Source of the DNA: an uncultured Candidatus Woesearchaeota archaeon
GTDB lineage: Archaea > Nanobdellota > Nanobdellia > UBA10117
Direction: 5' to 3'
DNA: 64,000 nucleotides
NCBI GenBank assembly: GCA_903864915.1
Contig: CAIPHS010000007.1
Location: 114,933-178,932 of the forward strand
Shown here in pieces: positions 58,234-64,000 of the stretch. How positions within the stretch are numbered: the first letter of the stretch is position 1; each line of letters opens with the position of its first letter. A program made the translations under genes and the position numbers. The notes below the pieces were generated by a model, which was given only the letters and a program-made list of their open reading frames with translations, was not told where the DNA came from and did no database searches.

Positions 58234-58842
58234 TTATATCTTTACGTCCAGCTTCTTCAATTCTCGCTTCAATTGTGTGACATTTTTGAATAAAATGGTT
58301 TTCATACCCAGCTTAGCAGCAGGCACAAGGTGCTCCTCGTGGTCGTCTATGAAGACACATTCCTCGCCTTTCAAGTTTAGCTTTTTCAGAACCATTTCGT
58401 ATATCTTCGGGTCCGGCTTCCTTACGCCAACTTGGTAGGAAGCCACCATCGGGGAAAATTTCCTGTAAACCTCAGTTTCCTTCTCAAACTTGCTGTAAAA
58501 CTCTATTGTATTTGTTATCATCGCAAGCCTGTACCCGTTTTCATTCAATTTGTCTACAATCTTTACAACTTCATTGTCCACAGACATTAACTTTGAACCT
58601 TCCTCAAACAATTTTCTCAATTTTTCTTTAGTCACTTTAAACTCTTCTGAGAGTTTTGTCAGAAATTCATCTGTTGATAATTCGCCGCACTGGGCGGGGC
58701 GCATATATTTTACCCTGACTTCATCCATCCTCGCCTTGCTCACACCAACCTTTTTGGCCAGGAATGCATAAGAATCAGAGCTTGTAATTATGACGCCACC
58801 AGCATCGAAAATAACTGCCTTTATCACAACATCAGCCAACAA
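58234..58842 (-). CDS. HAD family phosphatase
   Basis: FDAGGV, TN, KPDP.IY, FIDD; start position uncertain. Confidence 0.9.
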   Translation of the reverse strand: MLADVVIKAVIFDAGGVIITSSDSYAFLAKKVGVSKARMDEVRVKYMRPAQCGELSTDEFLTKLSEEFKVTKEKLRKLFEEGSKLMSVDNEVVKIVDKLNENGYRLAMITNTIEFYSKFEKETEVYRKFSPMVASYQVGVRKPDPKIYEMVLKKLNLKGEECVFIDDHEEHLVPAAKLGMKTILFKNVTQLKRELKKLDVKI

Positions 58843-58879
58843 ACAACATATTTATATTTTTGTATGTCCTATTCTAGGC

Positions 58880-59011
58880 ATGAACCTCAAGTGTATTCTT
58901 GGCTTTCACAACTGGGAGAAGCTGGGCGGCCCGACAAATGTGGGTGGCGGCAAGTTCGCGCAAAGGCTCGTCTGCATAACATGCAGGAAAACCAAGCGCA
59001 TAGTATCCTAA
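58880..59011 (+). CDS. Small Cys/His zinc-finger protein (43 aa)
   Basis: MNLKCILGFHNW...LVCITCRK: C-x4-H...CxxC, DUF1660-like. Confidence 0.6.
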   Translation: MNLKCILGFHNWEKLGGPTNVGGGKFAQRLVCITCRKTKRIVS

Positions 59012-59062
59012 AAGCAAGTTTCGGCGGCAACCCTTAAATCACTTTCTTAGCAATTTTTAGGC

Positions 59063-60460
59063 ATGTTCAGCTCATTTATGGTGCCGCAGAAGGACTTCAA
59101 GGCATTTTTAGACCAAACTTCTGGAGCTCTTGATACCGAAGAGCTAAACATAAATTTCGGCTATGCAAAGGAGTTTTTAGGTGATAATTATTTTTATTCA
59201 ATTGCCCCAAGTTCAAGATTAAAGTACATACAGGATAAACTGAAGGAAAAAGGCGTGAAGGATTTTACCGAAACCGGCGCTGACAGCCACAGGATTGCGA
59301 CAATCATGCAGTTAATCTATGGTTTAGACATGTCCGTTCCTGAGCCTTCTGCCCTGATGTTCATGTTCGGGCCTTTCATGATAGACACTATGAAACAGCT
59401 AGGCATGCTTACTGAAAATGCTGATGGTGGCATAAGCCTAACTGACAAAGTCCAAGCAGCAACTGATTCCCTGCCTATCGAAGACAGATTAAAGATGGAA
59501 GCCGATATGAAAAAAGTAACTGAAGAAGCTTTTAGAAATCCCGAGACCGGAGAGCTGTCAGCAGAAAGTGTGCATGCCAATTATGAATCTGACAATTTTG
59601 ATCTTCCTGGGCAGCTGGCATTGCCTGCAGAGATGCGGCCGAACATAGAAATTCTGCGCCAGAAATATCTTGAGAAATTTGGCAAGCCTGAGAAAGTCGG
59701 CAGATACATCTGCCCGGTTGACAGTTACCTTGTCAAATTTTGCAGCAGCATAATAGAAAAAGAGACTGGAAAGAAAGTGCCTGAAACAAAGTTCCTGATA
59801 GACCACAATCATGATGCACCATACTTGCACAAAAAAGATGTTGTTGTTCCGGTCATAGCCCTTACTGATGAAGGAATGCTTGTGCAGTGCATAACTGCAG
59901 AGCTGCCACATCTGATGTTTGAGCCGGAGGACCTGAACATACAAGACTTTGAGAAAGACAGAATAGGTTTCTTCAAGAGAAGCGCCTGGAGCGAAGGAGT
60001 GCCTTTGAGGCTGCAGGAAAAGGTGCTTGAGGAATACATCAATAAAACATTCGCTACGGTATCCCCAGCAACAATAATTACAAACATAGCTAAGCAGGGT
60101 GTGCCTCTGCATGCTATGCATCCAGCCTACATAAAAGCCAGCGGCCTTGACAATGTCATGCAATTTTCAGTCTACAACGGCATGTCTTACCTCTATGGCT
60201 GGCATTTTGTCAGGCAGCTTGACAGCAAGCAGTTCAGGAAGCACCTGAACTACGGAAAGCCTTGGTGCTCAAAGAAGCTCGGCTGGAACCAAAAGCCGCC
60301 GAGCAGCGAGGACTTTACTGCTGTGGAAAAATTATACAACGTTGAACGTGCAGCATCTGAGACAAGATACAAGGGCGCATTGAAAGAAGATGCTTACAGC
60401 CTCATGATAAAAGCCTTTGACCAGTGGCAAGCTGATTTCCTGCCAAGCCAAAAGGCTTAA
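59063..60460 (+). CDS. Hypothetical protein with degenerate zincin-like C-terminal domain
   Basis: AELPH, WSEG and Y.YG..FV..L spaced like gluzincin motifs. Confidence 0.55.
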   Translation: MFSSFMVPQKDFKAFLDQTSGALDTEELNINFGYAKEFLGDNYFYSIAPSSRLKYIQDKLKEKGVKDFTETGADSHRIATIMQLIYGLDMSVPEPSALMFMFGPFMIDTMKQLGMLTENADGGISLTDKVQAATDSLPIEDRLKMEADMKKVTEEAFRNPETGELSAESVHANYESDNFDLPGQLALPAEMRPNIEILRQKYLEKFGKPEKVGRYICPVDSYLVKFCSSIIEKETGKKVPETKFLIDHNHDAPYLHKKDVVVPVIALTDEGMLVQCITAELPHLMFEPEDLNIQDFEKDRIGFFKRSAWSEGVPLRLQEKVLEEYINKTFATVSPATIITNIAKQGVPLHAMHPAYIKASGLDNVMQFSVYNGMSYLYGWHFVRQLDSKQFRKHLNYGKPWCSKKLGWNQKPPSSEDFTAVEKLYNVERAASETRYKGALKEDAYSLMIKAFDQWQADFLPSQKA

Positions 60461-60513
60461 AAATCTCATATTGGGGCTTAATCTACCGCTTCGGCGGAAG
60501 TCTTACGACGAAA

Positions 60514-61167
60514 ATGGCATTTGAAAAAGAGAAGGTTTTGGAAGCCCTCAAGAAAATCAGAGAGGGAGAAAAGAGAAAATTTTCACAATCTATTGAATTA
60601 ATCATTAACCTGAAAGAAATAAACATAAAGAAAGATGAAGGAAAAATTGAGGAATTCATCCAATTGCCTGCAGGAAGGGGCAAGGATGCGAAGGTCTGTG
60701 CGTTTGTGGGTCCTGAACTGAAGGACGCTGCTGCAAAGTATTGTGATGCTTATGTATTGTCAGATGATTTCGACAAGCAAGAAAAGAGAGCTATAAGGAA
60801 GCTTGTACAAAGTACTGACTTTTTCATAGCACAGATAAATGTAATGCCTGCTGTAGCCAAGACTTTCGGTCGTTTCTTATCTACGATTGGAAAGATGCCA
60901 AGCCCAAAGGCAGGTCATGTAGTTCCGCCAAAGACAAACATCGAGCCCCTGGTTAAATTGTTGAAAAAATCTGTAAAGGTTGCAATCAAAAAGGCACCCG
61001 TTTTCCAGACTCTGATTGGAAATGAGACTATGAAAGACGAGGAATTATTGCAAAATGCGATGACAATCATAGAAAGAATTAAGGGAAAATTGCCAAAGGG
61101 AGAACACAACATCAAAAATATAATGCTTAAGACAACGATGGGCAAGCCCCAGAAGGTAGTTGCATAA
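60514..61167 (+). CDS. rpl1: 50S ribosomal protein uL1
   Basis: RKF.QS.ELIINL, LP.G, DFFIA...M, GKMP, K.TMG. Confidence 0.95.
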   Translation: MAFEKEKVLEALKKIREGEKRKFSQSIELIINLKEINIKKDEGKIEEFIQLPAGRGKDAKVCAFVGPELKDAAAKYCDAYVLSDDFDKQEKRAIRKLVQSTDFFIAQINVMPAVAKTFGRFLSTIGKMPSPKAGHVVPPKTNIEPLVKLLKKSVKVAIKKAPVFQTLIGNETMKDEELLQNAMTIIERIKGKLPKGEHNIKNIMLKTTMGKPQKVVA

Positions 61168-61961
61168 TGGTAAAAGTGAGTATGGCTTTGGATTTGAAGA
61201 AGAAAAAAGTAGCGGACATTATCAAATTAATCGAGAAATCAAAGACAATAGGCATAGTTAACCTGGAAGGCCTGCCAGCAAGGCAGTTGAAGACTGTAAG
61301 AGCAAAACTGAAAAAAGATTTGCAGTTTGTTTTCAGCAAGAAGACTTTGTTAAAGAGGGCTTTCGAAGGCTCAAAAAGGGAAAATGCCAAGCAGTTAGTA
61401 AAGTTCCTAGATGGAATAAACCCTGTTGTTGTATTTTCAGAACTTGATGCTTTTGAGTTATTTAGATTATTCAAGACGAGCAGGCAGATGGTTGCCGCAA
61501 AGCCAGGCCAGGCCGCGCCTGTAGACATCATAATTTCAGCAGGACCTACACCTTTTGCTCCAGGCCCAGCAATATCCGAATTAGCAGCATTGGGATTAAA
61601 GACCAAGGTGGAAGGCGGAAAGATACACATACGAGAGGACCGCAAAGTCATCAATGCAGGAGACAAGATATCGGGAGGCGCTGCAAGCATCCTGGCAAAG
61701 TTAGGCATTACCCCGATACAGATTGGGGTCACATTAACTTATGTTTTGGAGAACAATGATTTGTACAAGGCAGCTGTTTTAGATGTAGACATAGGCAAAT
61801 ATACGGAAGATTTAAAAACGGCTTTCTTGAACGCTGTTAAAGTTGCGATGGAGATTGGATTCGCAACTAAAGAGACAATAGTCTTGATGGTACAAAAAGC
61901 GTACCGCGGGGCCAAAGCTCTTGAAGACAAGATTGCCCCAAAAGAAACTCAGGTTAAATAA
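61167..61961 (+). CDS. rpl10: 50S ribosomal protein uL10 (P0)
   Basis: AKPG..AP.DI...AGPT...PGP....L, G.I.I. Confidence 0.95.
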   Translation: MVKVSMALDLKKKKVADIIKLIEKSKTIGIVNLEGLPARQLKTVRAKLKKDLQFVFSKKTLLKRAFEGSKRENAKQLVKFLDGINPVVVFSELDAFELFRLFKTSRQMVAAKPGQAAPVDIIISAGPTPFAPGPAISELAALGLKTKVEGGKIHIREDRKVINAGDKISGGAASILAKLGITPIQIGVTLTYVLENNDLYKAAVLDVDIGKYTEDLKTAFLNAVKVAMEIGFATKETIVLMVQKAYRGAKALEDKIAPKETQVK

Positions 61962-61966
61962 AAAAC

Positions 61967-62269
61967 ATGGAAAACATATACGCAGCAATGCTGCTACACA
62001 AGGCTGGAAAGCAAATAGACGAAGCGTCTATAGAGGCTGTATTGAAAGCTGCAGGAATCACTCCTGACAAGGCCATGATAAAGGCCACAATTACAGCTCT
62101 GAAAGGTATTGACATAGAAAAGACAATAAAAGAAGCGTTGGCAATGCCCGTAGCTACAACTGCGGCTGCACCAGGTGCTGCTCCTAAAGAAGACAAAAAG
62201 AAAGTGGTAGAAGAAGAAAAGAAGTCTGAAGAGGAAGCTGCGGCAGGTCTGGGCGCACTCTTTGGCTAA
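61967..62269 (+). CDS. rpl12: 50S ribosomal stalk protein P1 (L12)
   Basis: YAA.LLH..G, C-terminal [13 protein letters not shown]. Confidence 0.96.
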   Translation: MENIYAAMLLHKAGKQIDEASIEAVLKAAGITPDKAMIKATITALKGIDIEKTIKEALAMPVATTAAAPGAAPKEDKKKVVEEEKKSEEEAAAGLGALFG

Positions 62270-62293
62270 TGTCTAAAATCCAGCTGATGATTT

Positions 62294-63157
62294 ATGAGCG
62301 AACAAAACACAGATATAGAACTATTGAGGAAAAAGATTGGCGAGCTAGGGGTTTCGCTTGAAAAGCTCGGCACCGAAAAAGAATCATTATACAAAGAAAA
62401 GCAGGTTTTGGAAGAGACACTTTCTAACACTATTAATTCAGCTAAGGAATTGAAAGCCAAAAAGGCGGCAATTGATGCGCAGATAAAGGAAAAGAAGGTT
62501 GTCAGGACTACATTAAACAAGGAAATCAAGGATTTCTCGAAGAAAATTTCTGAAGTCAAGAGGGTAAATCCTAATTTTAAGAGCGGCCCTTCTATGGAGG
62601 AAAGCAAAAGGCAAATTGAGTCCATGCAGTACGCTATCGAAACAGAAGGCTTGTCATTTGAAAGGGAAAAGACCTACATGGACAAGATAAAGCAGCTCAA
62701 GGCCAGGCTTGCAGAAATAGAGAAGGCTTCGGGTCACACTTCTGATGTCGGCATCCTCAGGGAATCGTTGACCTCCAAAAAAACGGGGGCGGATACTGCG
62801 CACGCCGAAGTACAAACTTTGGCAGATGAGTCAACAAAACTGTTCAACATCTTAACTGATAAGGCAAAGGAAATTGATGTGTGGAAGCAGCAAAGAAGGG
62901 ATATGCAGGAGAATTTGAAGAAAATCAAGACACAGATAGAGGAAAACAACGCCATTCTTGCTGAAACGCTCAACACATGGATGGAAGTAGCCAAAACGGC
63001 ACCTCCAATCACGACAAAAGCTGCGGAATCCATCACTTCAGAAGACATATTCGCAAAATTCAAAAATGCCAAAAAGCTTACTAAGGAAGACATACTTAAA
63101 TTACAAAGATTAGCAAATAAAGATCATGGCCGCTTTAACAAAGGAGGCTCTGGCTAA
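62294..63157 (+). CDS. Archaeal coiled-coil protein (COG1340-like)
   Basis: IE.......T..L..E.E......I..L, A...H..V; C-terminal KLT.ED. Confidence 0.75.
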   Translation: MSEQNTDIELLRKKIGELGVSLEKLGTEKESLYKEKQVLEETLSNTINSAKELKAKKAAIDAQIKEKKVVRTTLNKEIKDFSKKISEVKRVNPNFKSGPSMEESKRQIESMQYAIETEGLSFEREKTYMDKIKQLKARLAEIEKASGHTSDVGILRESLTSKKTGADTAHAEVQTLADESTKLFNILTDKAKEIDVWKQQRRDMQENLKKIKTQIEENNAILAETLNTWMEVAKTAPPITTKAAESITSEDIFAKFKNAKKLTKEDILKLQRLANKDHGRFNKGGSG

Positions 63158-64000
63158 ACAATTTAGCAAGAGTTGGAAAGAATACTACGCGCTGAAAGTA
63201 TTTGAAGAGCGCGGCTTCGAGAGAAGAAAGTGCAAGAAGTGCGGCAAATATTTCTGGTCTACTAATAAGAAGAGAAAGCTCTGTGGTGACTCAACTTGCG
63301 AGCCATACTCATTTATCGGAAAGAAATTCGGCTGGAAGCATGATTACGTTGACACCTGGCGCGAATTTGCAAGATTTTTCCAGTCCAAAGGCAGAACTGT
63401 AATCAACAGGTACCCGACTGTAGCGAGATGGCGGGATGATACTTGGTTCGTACAGGCATCCATCTACGATTTCCAGCCACACGTAGTCTCTGGAGAAACT
63501 TCTCCGCCCGCAAACCCATTGGTTGTGGCGCAGCCTTGCTTCCGTTTTAATGATATTGAAAACATAGGCGTTACATCAAGGCATTACAGCAACTTCGTAA
63601 TGATTGGCCAGCATAGATTTGTTTCAGAAAACAGGGAAGACTGGAAAGAAGATGATATCAATTTAGTTATAGACGTGCTAAAACAGTTCAAGATTCCGGA
63701 GAAAGCGCTGACTTTCGTGGAAAATGCCTGGCTTGGCGGCGGAAATGCCGGCCCATGCTTTGAACTTTTTGTCGGTGGTATGGAACTTCTGACAACTGTA
63801 TTCATGCAATACTCCATTACAGAAAATAATGAGCTGAAAGATCTGCCTTTGAAAGTCATTGACTTCGGCTGGGGCCTGGAAAGACTGGCGTGGCTGATTA
63901 ACGGCACTGCCACATCATACGAAGTTACGTTTGACCCTGTTGACAAGAAGTTTGCGAAACTAATAGGCTTCAAGCCAGATGATGCTTTCCTGAAAAAGCT
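63126..64000 (+). CDS. alaS: Alanine--tRNA ligase, archaeal type (partial, runs off window end)
   Basis: Own translation MAALTKE...GF.R.KC.KCG..FW...CG..CE.Y, YP.VARWRDD...V.ASI..FQP, QPC.RF.D..N.G.T.RH, GGGNAGP, D.G.GLER. Confidence 0.95.
   Translation, partial: MAALTKEALAKQFSKSWKEYYALKVFEERGFERRKCKKCGKYFWSTNKKRKLCGDSTCEPYSFIGKKFGWKHDYVDTWREFARFFQSKGRTVINRYPTVARWRDDTWFVQASIYDFQPHVVSGETSPPANPLVVAQPCFRFNDIENIGVTSRHYSNFVMIGQHRFVSENREDWKEDDINLVIDVLKQFKIPEKALTFVENAWLGGGNAGPCFELFVGGMELLTTVFMQYSITENNELKDLPLKVIDFGWGLERLAWLINGTATSYEVTFDPVDKKFAKLIGFKPDDAFLKK

Overview
Gene-dense, AT-rich (~40% GC by eye) archaeal chromosome segment. The gene content points to a DPANN archaeon, probably Nanobdellota/Woesearchaeota-like; this is inferred from SepF, MC1, a split Dph2, a bacterial-type ThrRS, an unlinked 5S rRNA and trimmed r-protein operons. 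Most of the window is housekeeping: tRNA modification (Taw1, Taw2, Trm11, e-MtaB, Kae1), RNAP subunits, r-proteins, SRP54/FtsY, PCNA, RPA3, PINA, PEP synthase and an ABC-2 exporter, plus a BHB-intron tRNA-Thr(CGT) and a lone 5S rRNA. I saw no CRISPR array, transposase or integrase. Most interesting observations: (1) tandem TFS genes, the second with a remodelled acidic hairpin; (2) scattered, highly diverged orphan proteolysis/signalling modules (propeptide-less proteasome-beta-like Ntn hydrolase, degenerate MPN/JAMM domain, degenerate zincin, truncated roadblock); (3) Dph2 split into two genes 5.5 kb apart; (4) a 4xCBS-HPF ribosome hibernation factor candidate; (5) a PHP gene interrupted by one in-frame TAG; (6) an FkbM cassette preceded by a decayed copy of the tatD start; (7) several tandem paralog pairs and small ORFs absent from the ORF track. 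All family assignments come from motif recognition by eye; no searches were run.
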